Below, piece after piece: positions 38,978-46,608 of a stretch of 64,000 nt of DNA. Every line of letters starts with the position of its first letter. The stretch's first letter is position 1. The stretch covers positions 82 through 64,081 of the forward strand of contig JAFZWE010000014.1 of the NCBI GenBank assembly GCA_017617445.1, written 5' to 3'. Position numbers and translations under genes: made by a program. This DNA comes from Bacteroidales bacterium (GTDB lineage: Bacteria; Bacteroidota; Bacteroidia; Bacteroidales; WCHB1-69). The notes under the pieces were generated by a model. It did no database searches. It was not told the DNA's origin and saw only the letters and a program-made list of their open reading frames with translations.

Positions 38978-38985
38978 CTCTCTTA

Positions 38986-40131
38986 CTATTTTTCGCTTGG
39001 GGTTTGGGTTGAATCGTTCGCAGCGTCAAGTTTCACCTCCTTGTTTTTTTTCGGAGACGATGCCGGAACAGGGGCAGGCATAGATTCCAATGAGTCCACA
39101 AATTTCTCCATGGCATCAATGATATTCTGTTTCTGTTGGTCTGATGCAGCCTTATATTGGCTTTGGATGGTGCTTTTTGCCGTGGTCGTCTCCCATTTCT
39201 GCTGGGCACAGAAATCTTTTTCGTGACCCTTCAATTGTTTCAAATAAAATTCAAAAACCTTGTCTTTGCTCTGGGCTTTCAGTTTTTCGTTTTCCTTTTG
39301 AAGTTCCTTATTTTTTTTCAGTGCCTCCTCTTTTGCTTTCTTTTCCCTTTCCAACTCTTTCTTAAGGTTCTCAAATTCTTCTTTTATTTTTTTCAACTGC
39401 GTTTCCGCTGCCACCTTTGCTGTTTCAGATTTTGATGCCTTTTCTTCAGCGTCTTGGGCTGCTTTTGATGCCTTCCTTGCTTTTTCTTCCGCATCTTTCG
39501 CTTTATTTTCCGCATCTGTGGATTTGCTATTTGCTGCTTTCTCCCTCATCTTTGCGGCATTGGCCAGTTCCCTGTCTGCTTCTGCCCGCTTTTGGGCGGC
39601 AACTGCACTGTCTTTGGCAGCCTGCGCCACGGCATTGGCATACTCGCTTTCTGCTTTGTAGAATTCGTTTTCTGCCTGGCGCATTTGCTCCTCCAAATCC
39701 ACACTGTTCTTTCCTGTTTTGGATTGTTCCACAGCAGTTTGTACGGTTTTCTTTGAAGCTCTCCCGCCCATTTTCCCAGAACCCGCATACCAGAAGATGC
39801 CTCCAGCGGTCAGCAGCAACACCCCCGCCACAATCCACAGCCCCCACACGCCGCGTTTTGCGCCCGGCTCCGACCGTTTCTTTTTTTTCTCAAAATAGCT
39901 TTGCCACGGCAATTCGGTATTGCCGATTTTCAAAATGTCGCCCGGTCGAAGGGGAACCGATCCCCGGATGCGCTGGCCATTGACAAAGGTGCCATTGGTG
40001 GAATCCAAATCCACCACAGCGTAATTGCCATCGTCATCCTGAACAATCTGCAGATGATTGCGGCTCACCTTGTCATCCTTGACAATGATGTTGTTGTTTT
40101 CGCTAATTCTTCCTACAGTTATTACTTTCAT
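38986..40131 (-). CDS. FHA domain protein with a TM helix and a K/E/A-rich coiled-coil tail
   Basis: TVGRISENNNIIVKDDKVSRNHLQ...STNGTFVNG...LKIGNTELPWQSYF. TM helix: VWGLWIVAGVLLLTAGGIFWY. The long tail contains AEEKARKASKAAQDAEEKASK. Confidence 0.85.
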   Translation of the reverse strand: MKVITVGRISENNNIIVKDDKVSRNHLQIVQDDDGNYAVVDLDSTNGTFVNGQRIRGSVPLRPGDILKIGNTELPWQSYFEKKKKRSEPGAKRGVWGLWIVAGVLLLTAGGIFWYAGSGKMGGRASKKTVQTAVEQSKTGKNSVDLEEQMRQAENEFYKAESEYANAVAQAAKDSAVAAQKRAEADRELANAAKMREKAANSKSTDAENKAKDAEEKARKASKAAQDAEEKASKSETAKVAAETQLKKIKEEFENLKKELEREKKAKEEALKKNKELQKENEKLKAQSKDKVFEFYLKQLKGHEKDFCAQQKWETTTAKSTIQSQYKAASDQQKQNIIDAMEKFVDSLESMPAPVPASSPKKNKEVKLDAANDSTQTPSEK

Positions 40132-40145
40132 ACCATTGTTTCCGT

Positions 40146-41396
40146 TTATTTTCTTAAAGCCTGCAAATTTTCACGAATCACCTCCATCTCCCCCAACAAA
40201 CTCATCTGTTTGGATTTGATTTTTTCGTACTCTGATTTTTTCTCGTTATAAAAATCTTCTCTGCCATCCACCACATTCTGAGCTGCATCTTGTGTATTTT
40301 TATTTTTATTCAGCGATTCATCGCGTTTTTTTTCTGCATCTCTCAACCCCTCCAATGCTACTTGTTTTAAGCTGTCAGCTTTCCGCAATTCCGCCCCATT
40401 GGTTTTAAGCTCCGACTCTATTCTCAAAGAATCCTTTTGTAATTCTTTGATTTTAATTCGGTTAGTAACCGGTTTCCAAGCAATAGACACAGCCAGTACA
40501 AGGGCGAGAGCAATGGCGGTAATCAGGATATACTTGAGTTTTTGGGGCATGTCCGAGGCTTTTTTTCCACGTTTTCTCCGCGGAGTGTTGAAGCTCACAC
40601 ATGCCGTTTTGGCCCAAGGGCTGTTGTCAATCTGAATCAGCTCAAGGGTGCAGTTGTCCTGTCCTCCAGGCTGGACGGTCTCCCCTTCCATGGCAAGCCG
40701 TATCAGCTGTTCTCCTTTTTCTTCCAAGGCACAGTCTTGACTGAGCACATTCTCAATGGTGCCATCGGAAATCATGCCAGAGAGTCCATCAGTGCAAATG
40801 AGAAAGACATCCCCATTTTTGGGGCGTATCGGACGGTTTTCATAGTTGAAAGAGGGTTGGAGGGTGGTGGAAACGCCCAGGGCCTTGAGAATACGGTTTT
40901 TTTGAGCATGGTGCTCTGCCTCCTCATCGGTAATCTCACCGGCATCCACCAGGGTTTGCACGAAAGAGTGGTCCTTGGTTATACGGTGCAGTTTCTTCTC
41001 CTTGCCAAGAAAAAGGTAGATTCTGCTGTCGCCCACATGGGCAATCCACACGTCGCAGCCCCTCATGAGCAGGATACAGGCGGTAGTGCCCATACCTTTG
41101 TAATCCGGATTGGCAGCAGCGAAGCCCATCACCTGCATGTTGGCAAATTGCAGCGCATCGTTCAGTGCCGCGACGGGATCTGGATACTCCTCTTTTTTCA
41201 GATAGCTGATGATGCTTTCCACGGCGAGTGAGGAGGCCTTGGCACCGCCCACATGTCCGCCCATGCCGTCGCATACCACAAACACGTCCCCATTCGGAGT
41301 TTTCAATGCCATGTCGTGGCTGTCCTCCTGAACTTCCCGCACATTGCCCACCACACCTTTTGCAAAAATATGATCTGTGTTGGTTGTTAGACTCAT
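40146..41396 (-). CDS. PP2C-family Ser/Thr phosphatase with a TM helix and a coiled-coil tail
   Basis: REVQEDS, VVCDGMGGHVGG, HVGDSRIY, ICTDGL, GGQDNCT. TM helix: YILITAIALALVLAVSIAW. Confidence 0.9.
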   Translation of the reverse strand: MSLTTNTDHIFAKGVVGNVREVQEDSHDMALKTPNGDVFVVCDGMGGHVGGAKASSLAVESIISYLKKEEYPDPVAALNDALQFANMQVMGFAAANPDYKGMGTTACILLMRGCDVWIAHVGDSRIYLFLGKEKKLHRITKDHSFVQTLVDAGEITDEEAEHHAQKNRILKALGVSTTLQPSFNYENRPIRPKNGDVFLICTDGLSGMISDGTIENVLSQDCALEEKGEQLIRLAMEGETVQPGGQDNCTLELIQIDNSPWAKTACVSFNTPRRKRGKKASDMPQKLKYILITAIALALVLAVSIAWKPVTNRIKIKELQKDSLRIESELKTNGAELRKADSLKQVALEGLRDAEKKRDESLNKNKNTQDAAQNVVDGREDFYNEKKSEYEKIKSKQMSLLGEMEVIRENLQALRK

Positions 41397-41406
41397 AATT
41401 ATTTAA

Positions 41407-41841
41407 TTAGCTGTTTTTTTGTTCCCATACTTTATAAAAACTTTCCGGCAGATAAACATTTCTAATATCAGCCTCTATTGCCCTGAAAAACAGAGGTGCA
41501 ATATCAACAGGTGAAAACCCCGCAATGCCACACCCGATCTCCGTCACCAAGAAATCCAATTCAGCATGCATTTGAGCAAATTGGAGGAAATCTTCCACGT
41601 AGGGTTGGATGGTCTCCACACCGCCCTGCATAGTGGGGATAGCGTAAGACTGTCCAAACAAGCCCACGCCCTCACCCCACACAGCACCGAAATGCTCATG
41701 GGCGAAACGCGCCGCCCCACCGCCATGCCGCCCTTGAAGGTTACTGCCAAACACAAAAACCTCGTTGGGAGCGAGGTGTGCAATTCTATTGGATGATATG
41801 CGTTTTTTGTTCATTTTCTGAAAAAAAATTGGTTTATACAT
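41407..41841 (-). CDS. Small Rossmannoid protein (macro- or SLOG-like, family uncertain)
   Basis: VFVFGSNLQGRHGGGAARFA..GQSYAIPT..LVTEIGCGIAGF. It overlaps the upstream stop by 8 nt; an alternative ATG is at 41814. Confidence 0.55.
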   Translation of the reverse strand: MYKPIFFQKMNKKRISSNRIAHLAPNEVFVFGSNLQGRHGGGAARFAHEHFGAVWGEGVGLFGQSYAIPTMQGGVETIQPYVEDFLQFAQMHAELDFLVTEIGCGIAGFSPVDIAPLFFRAIEADIRNVYLPESFYKVWEQKNS

Positions 41842-43363
41842 AAAAAGTGATCACCGCCTCACCGAGGGCAATCATGTCTCCGCTTCTCAGTGTGCAGCGT
41901 TGAAAGAACTGTCCGTTCACCAGGATACCCTGTGTGTAGGTCTTGCTCCTGTTGATCACCTCGAACGCGATGCCATTGAAGGAAATTTCAGCATGGAGGC
42001 CTGAAACGGTGCCATCGTTAAGAGCCACGTCATTGTCCGGGTTTCGTCCGAGGGTGACACGCGGCTTGACCATGGAATAGGCGAACATGTCTCCCTTGAC
42101 ATTGCAATGGAACCTGGGAAACAGGTTTTTCGTCTGCATCAGCTGTGTCAGCCGCACCTCCTCTTCCTCCGCCTGTCTGCGATGTTCATCCACAGCCTGT
42201 TGTTTTTTCAGGCTGACAATTTCCTCCATAGAACGGGCGAGTTCTTCTTTCTGACGAGCTTCACTCTCCGCCATTTTTTTTGACTGGGATTTCGACTTCC
42301 AATGGATGAACAGGATGATAAAAACCACAAGCAGCACAATCAACACGCCAGCCATAATCACCCAAAGCAGATGTTCCTTCATCCAGTCGCCAACAGTTTT
42401 CTCCGGCGGCGGAAATGAAAGCGGAGGCAGGTGATAAGAGACGCCCTCCACATCCAAAGACATGAAATGCCTGCTGCCATCCTTGTTGGCATCAGTGGTG
42501 AACACAATTTCATAGTCTCTTCCGTATGCGCGCTGGTCCATATCACCGTACCACTCCTGGAGTTTGTCCACCGTGTATGCAGCGTCCGCCTGGGTGTTGT
42601 GCGTGGGAGATGCTGAGGTGTGCAGTCCGTATGTGGGTCTCAATCGCTCCACCACGGCCGTTTCCTCACTGCCGGGTCTAAAAGGATAGGTAATCACGTA
42701 TATGGGGGTGCTCAATTCTTTCGCGCCTCGCACGATTCCGTCCCCATTATTGGACCTTCCCGTCTCCACATTATAGCCGGCAGTAACCAAAACGATAATG
42801 CGTGCCCGGTCCGTCGGTTCGTTTTTCATCATTTCAAAAGCCTCTGACAAAGCACTGTACAAGTCTGTTTGCAGGGGCTGAACAAAAGTCTCTTGGCTGA
42901 AACTGTGATTTTCCACAGCCTCCACCAGTTTGTCCTTGTCGTCTGTGAATTGGGAGGACAACGGAGTGAGCATTTTCTGTCCATCTCGTTTGCGATTAAA
43001 GACAGCCACGTTGAATTTGTCCTCCGAAGCCAAGGGAGTCTCCTTGAAGAAACGAATCAGCACCTCTTGTGTGAAAGAGGATTGTTGTCCATGACTGGCC
43101 ATATCCTCCCACAAAAAGAGAATGCTTTTCGGGGTTTTCTTCAATGACAGATCCGACAATTTCAACTGGAAGTTCACATCCCCGCCCTGATCATCTCTCA
43201 ATTTGAATTGCTCCTCGGTCAACGCATCCGGCTTCTGTGTGTGCCACACAAAAGAAATCTCTGGATAATTGTCCTTGTCATACGCGCCTAACATTCTGTC
43301 CCGCTGCGCACACGTTTCCCCCACCAACAAGGCAAAAAACAAGCATAAAAGAAATCTTCTCAT
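41834..43363 (-). CDS. Signal peptide + vWA-like ectodomain (degenerate MIDAS) + TM helix + coiled coil + C-terminal FHA
   Basis: Signal peptide MRRFLLCLFFALLVGETCAQ. vWA-like layout: ILFLWEDMASHG ... FNVAVFN ... TDLYSAL ... RIIVLVTAGYN ... PIYVITYP. TM helix: LLWVIMAGVLIVLLVVFIILFI. FHA: TLGRNPDNDVALNDGTVSGLHAE...VNGQ. Confidence 0.7.
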   Translation of the reverse strand: MRRFLLCLFFALLVGETCAQRDRMLGAYDKDNYPEISFVWHTQKPDALTEEQFKLRDDQGGDVNFQLKLSDLSLKKTPKSILFLWEDMASHGQQSSFTQEVLIRFFKETPLASEDKFNVAVFNRKRDGQKMLTPLSSQFTDDKDKLVEAVENHSFSQETFVQPLQTDLYSALSEAFEMMKNEPTDRARIIVLVTAGYNVETGRSNNGDGIVRGAKELSTPIYVITYPFRPGSEETAVVERLRPTYGLHTSASPTHNTQADAAYTVDKLQEWYGDMDQRAYGRDYEIVFTTDANKDGSRHFMSLDVEGVSYHLPPLSFPPPEKTVGDWMKEHLLWVIMAGVLIVLLVVFIILFIHWKSKSQSKKMAESEARQKEELARSMEEIVSLKKQQAVDEHRRQAEEEEVRLTQLMQTKNLFPRFHCNVKGDMFAYSMVKPRVTLGRNPDNDVALNDGTVSGLHAEISFNGIAFEVINRSKTYTQGILVNGQFFQRCTLRSGDMIALGEAVITFYV

Positions 43364-43370
43364 ACACCAA

Positions 43371-43997
43371 TTACAACGACGTTCTGAATTTCATAGTGGT
43401 TTTCCCCATACGGATGGTATCCCCATCCTGCAAATAACGGGGTTCCAGCTCAATATCCTCTTCATTGACAAATGTTCCGTGAGAGGACTGCATGTCGGTG
43501 ATGGAATATTTGCCAGCCCTGTACAGCAGCACCGCGTGTTTTCCAGAGACCATATTGTCATTGATGGTGATACTACAATCCATATCACGCCCGATAATGT
43601 TCCGGCCCTCATAAAGTTTGAAATCTATTCCCATGACATCCAAACTGTAGGAGACCAGCCAACCCACCATCTTGCGTGCATTTCTAAAAACATTATCTGA
43701 AACGGGCCCACAAGTTCCAGTAGCCGCACCCTCTACCAAAGTCTCATCATCTCCGAAGACCGTATGCGAAACAGGGGTATAGCTGCCTCCTGCATTTCCA
43801 CCCACATGCATTACTGTTTTTCCATTTGTCGCTCCATCAGGATAAACACTTGTAGCCTGCTGATCTTCCCCCTCATTGGAAAAAACAACTGTTTTGCTGC
43901 TATTCACGTTTCCCCCAACGCTTTTCATTTTACAAAACGGGCACTTGTCCCCCTGATAATAATGTCCGTTTGGACATTGTTTGAACTCATTTCCCAT
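43371..43997 (-). CDS. Zinc-ribbon + FHA domain protein
   Basis: Zinc ribbon CPNGHYYQGDKCPFC at the N-terminus. FHA: NIIGRDMDCSITINDNMVSGKHAVL...SSHGTFVNE...IRMGKTTMKF. Confidence 0.8.
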   Translation of the reverse strand: MGNEFKQCPNGHYYQGDKCPFCKMKSVGGNVNSSKTVVFSNEGEDQQATSVYPDGATNGKTVMHVGGNAGGSYTPVSHTVFGDDETLVEGAATGTCGPVSDNVFRNARKMVGWLVSYSLDVMGIDFKLYEGRNIIGRDMDCSITINDNMVSGKHAVLLYRAGKYSITDMQSSHGTFVNEEDIELEPRYLQDGDTIRMGKTTMKFRTSL

Positions 43998-44033
43998 AGT
44001 TTAAAGTTTATAATAATTTTTTAATGTGCGTGG

Positions 44034-44041
44034 CAAAAATA
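44034..44041 (-). promoter_or_regulatory. -7 box TATTTTTG heading the FHA/kinase/phosphatase operon
   Basis: Matches TAnnTTTG, 37 nt upstream of ATG 43997, in the 88-nt gap after the preceding gene. Confidence 0.55.
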
Positions 44042-44085
44042 CGATTTTTTTAAGAATGAAAGATGGGGTTTATACAACATGACCT

Positions 44086-45177
44086 TTAGTATTTCCTATT
44101 AAGCACTGCACTCTCTGGCGCCAGACCACTCCCCTCTTGCCACAATATTCTCCAGATAATCTTTCTGTCTGACATGGGGATTATAACAGCTTCCCCATAC
44201 CCGCCCCAACCAGTCTCATATTTAACCACATACTTCTCTCCATCCCATTCTCCTTTCATATTTTCAATTTCAAGATCCCCATCCATCTTCATACCCACCG
44301 CATATATTACGAAATAGCCGCCTTTAATATGGGATCCTGAACATTCCAGATTCAAAGAAAAATCCCATGACGGGAAACTGCCTAATTCAATATCAACAAT
44401 ATAGTTAGATTCCCCCTGCCACTCCCCCGATATATCAGGAACATACACAAAGTCACTCCCGTAATCAAACTCATCGTACTCGTCCTCCGAACTGTTCTCC
44501 CACACCTCAATTTCCGCTATCTTGACAGATGTACGGATGGACTGATGTATGTGATACGGAAGATCTTCCGCATCATAGTTCGTATCAAAATCCGATGGCG
44601 GACTAATGGAAGCAATCCCATCCCATTGAGCATCCGTAAACTGGTCCAAATAGAAAACAAAAGCGATATTGCAGTTCCCTTTTTGGGCTATGGCAAGGGT
44701 AGCAGAGGATATGGTATGGGTGAAATGATTGTAGTACAAAAAATCCGTAAAAAATTCCAGTTCCGGATATGCATTTTCCATATCGCCCCATGTATCTCCA
44801 ACACGGACATGCCGTTCGGTCTGGAAGTTTCTGTTCCGGGTACAAAACCCACTCAACCGTGCATTGTCATTGAAAAATGCGGCCGTAGTATTATTGATCA
44901 AATAATAGTCATACCCTTCATAATAATATATTGCAGCATCCTCATCCCAATTGTCCTCGCGTCTGAATCTTTTAATAGAGGCGTTGGCATTCTCATTGCG
45001 CAGCTCCGCCATAGTCATGCCAAATCCAAGTTTCACACCGTCAATATAGAAATCCCATCCGGCGGGGAATTTTATTCCCTCCTCAAGCCCCCTCCCCCGA
45101 GAATCAAAAACAGAATCCTCCCCTTTTGAATCCATCATGAAAAAAAGCACAATAAACATCAACGCAGGAAGCTTCAT
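44086..45177 (-). CDS. Hypothetical exported protein (AT-rich, no recognised domain)
   Basis: MKLPALMFIVLFFMM looks like a signal peptide. I chose the start at ATG 45177 (alternative 45207), because the track start at 45285 falls inside or upstream of the -7 box at 45283-45290. Confidence 0.5.
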   Translation of the reverse strand: MKLPALMFIVLFFMMDSKGEDSVFDSRGRGLEEGIKFPAGWDFYIDGVKLGFGMTMAELRNENANASIKRFRREDNWDEDAAIYYYEGYDYYLINNTTAAFFNDNARLSGFCTRNRNFQTERHVRVGDTWGDMENAYPELEFFTDFLYYNHFTHTISSATLAIAQKGNCNIAFVFYLDQFTDAQWDGIASISPPSDFDTNYDAEDLPYHIHQSIRTSVKIAEIEVWENSSEDEYDEFDYGSDFVYVPDISGEWQGESNYIVDIELGSFPSWDFSLNLECSGSHIKGGYFVIYAVGMKMDGDLEIENMKGEWDGEKYVVKYETGWGGYGEAVIIPMSDRKIIWRILWQEGSGLAPESAVLNRKY

Positions 45178-45282
45178 GCCAGGAAGAAATCTGATTCCAA
45201 GACCCATCTTTTTGATATAAAAATTGTTACAATAAATTTTTGTTAATAAATTCCGGAAAAGAATTTCATTTTTTATCAGCTG

Positions 45283-45290
45283 CAAAAGTA
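45283..45290 (-). promoter_or_regulatory. -7 box TACTTTTG for the 44086..45177 gene
   Basis: Matches TAnnTTTG. Confidence 0.45.
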
Positions 45291-45381
45291 AAAAAAAACA
45301 GTTTACAGCCCCATTTTCCAGCTTTGATTTTCAGGAAGGACATTCACAAAAAAAGTTCATCAGCTTTTGCGAAAAAAGTTG

Positions 45382-45389
45382 TATTTTTG
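45382..45389 (+). promoter_or_regulatory. -7 box TATTTTTG for tRNA-Ser
   Basis: Matches TAnnTTTG and ends 5 nt before the tRNA 5' end. Confidence 0.65.
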
Positions 45390-45393
45390 CCGC

Positions 45394-45480
45394 GGAAAGT
45401 TGCCGGAGTGGTCGAACGGGGCAGACTCGAAATCTGTTGAGCTCTTCGGGGCTCCGGGGGTTCGAATCCCTCACTTTCCG
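45394..45480 (+). tRNA. tRNA-Ser (anticodon CGA)
   Basis: GGAAAGT acceptor stem pairs with ACTTTCC. The anticodon arm is GCAGA-CTCGAAA-TCTGT. There is a long variable arm (TGAGCTCTTCGGGGCTCC) and a T arm GGGGG-TTCGAAT-CCCTC. Confidence 0.9.
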
Positions 45481-45487
45481 CAAACAA

Positions 45488-45517
45488 AAAGGCGATGCAA
45501 AAAAGCATCGCCTTTTG
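45488..45517 (+). terminator. Rho-independent terminator after tRNA-Ser
   Basis: GGCGATGC-AAAAAA-GCATCGCC followed by TTTT. Confidence 0.75.
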
Positions 45518-45639
45518 TGTTGTATGCCGAATTCCGTTGAATGCTTGCATTCAAAAGGATGAGGCGTACAACAGGAGCGTCATTGCGGAGCAAGGACGTT
45601 TTGGTTTGCAAGGACGCCCGCGGCAGCGCAGGGATATTC

Positions 45640-45655
45640 AATCCCTCACTTTCCG
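45640..45655 (+). repeat. Direct repeat of the tRNA-Ser 3' end (att-like remnant)
   Basis: aatccctcactttccg is identical at 45465-45480 (inside the tRNA) and at 45640-45655. The second copy is preceded by a T-arm-like AGGGA-TATTCAA-TCCCT. Confidence 0.7.
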
Positions 45656-45720
45656 TCAAAGGTCAAGAACCAATTGCTGACACAAGAACAGACTGACATC
45701 AAAAAACTTATCCCAGCAGA

Positions 45721-46581
45721 TTACCTGACCACCTTTGTAAACACGGGGGCTTCGCCATTGGCGACAGTCACATAGACCTTTATTTCGCCAGCGGGCGGCA
45801 TTTTGGAGTTATCCTTACGGGGAAGGTCCTCGGCGAAAAACAGGTATTCCACCCCTTTCGGAATGCTCCGGATGGCCACTGTCTTGGCCTTCGCGTTCAG
45901 CATCGGATAATCGCCCACGGCGGCATTGAAGATGTCGGCCTCATCATCACTCACCTCATGGGGTTTTGAAAACGCCTCCGGTTTGGCATACTCACCTTTG
46001 AGAAAACCGTTGGCTTTCAGGAATTCGTCTATTTCTTGGGGCATGGCATTCAGTCGGGCGGCACGCACACCGTAGCCGGGCAGCACCTCCGCATTGGGTT
46101 CTGCGCGCACCAAATCCTTCACGCTGGACTCAAGGCCGCCACTGCCGAAAGTGCAGAACGGCACAATCTTCTTGCCGCTCAGGTCCACCTGGTTGAGGAA
46201 GGCGGCGACGGGTGGCGCATAGGTACCGAACCAGACCGGGAAACCGATAAAAACCACATCGTAATCAGCGAGGTTGGCAGCCACAGGCTTAATGTCAGGG
46301 AGGACACCCTCTTCCCGCTCTTTCATGCAACGGTCAATGGTAGCCTGAAAATCCCCATCGTACGGCTGTTCCATGACAATCTGCTCAATGTCAGCATCAA
46401 GTCTTTTGGCAATTTCCTTCGCCACAGCCTGGGTGTTTGAAGTCTGGGAATAGTAGAGAACCAGCATTTTAGGTGCTTTTTCTTTGGAGACGACCGGTTG
46501 CGGGGCCATTTTCTTGGAGCCGCAGGAGACCGTCAGCATCATTGCAGTCGCAAAGACCAACACGGATTTCATTTTTTTCAT
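45721..46581 (-). CDS. Flavodoxin-like domain lipoprotein
   Basis: Lipobox MMLTVSCGS. Flavodoxin-like: KMLVLYYSQTSNTQAVAKEIAKRL...VVFIGFPVWFGT. Confidence 0.65.
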   Translation of the reverse strand: MKKMKSVLVFATAMMLTVSCGSKKMAPQPVVSKEKAPKMLVLYYSQTSNTQAVAKEIAKRLDADIEQIVMEQPYDGDFQATIDRCMKEREEGVLPDIKPVAANLADYDVVFIGFPVWFGTYAPPVAAFLNQVDLSGKKIVPFCTFGSGGLESSVKDLVRAEPNAEVLPGYGVRAARLNAMPQEIDEFLKANGFLKGEYAKPEAFSKPHEVSDDEADIFNAAVGDYPMLNAKAKTVAIRSIPKGVEYLFFAEDLPRKDNSKMPPAGEIKVYVTVANGEAPVFTKVVR

Positions 46582-46608
46582 AAGCTTTCGTTTTTAATAA
46601 AAAGTTTG

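Noticed and set aside
39041-39983. Plus-strand Phe/Leu/Pro-rich ORFs (for example 39417..39983)
   Set aside because: They are antisense to the K/E/A-rich coiled-coil region of the FHA protein. The low-complexity mirror composition explains them.
33546-43997. Reading the FHA/kinase/PP2C genes as the T6SS threonine-phosphorylation regulators (Fha/PpkA/PppA)
   Set aside because: No T6SS structural genes (TssB/C, Hcp, VgrG, TssK and so on) occur anywhere in the window. The domain fusions also differ from that pathway.
33139-45480. Treating the signalling cluster as a tRNA-Ser-linked genomic island
   Set aside because: It lies on the 5' side of the tRNA. There is no integrase, transposase or flanking direct repeat, and the only att-like repeat is on the other side (45640-45655).
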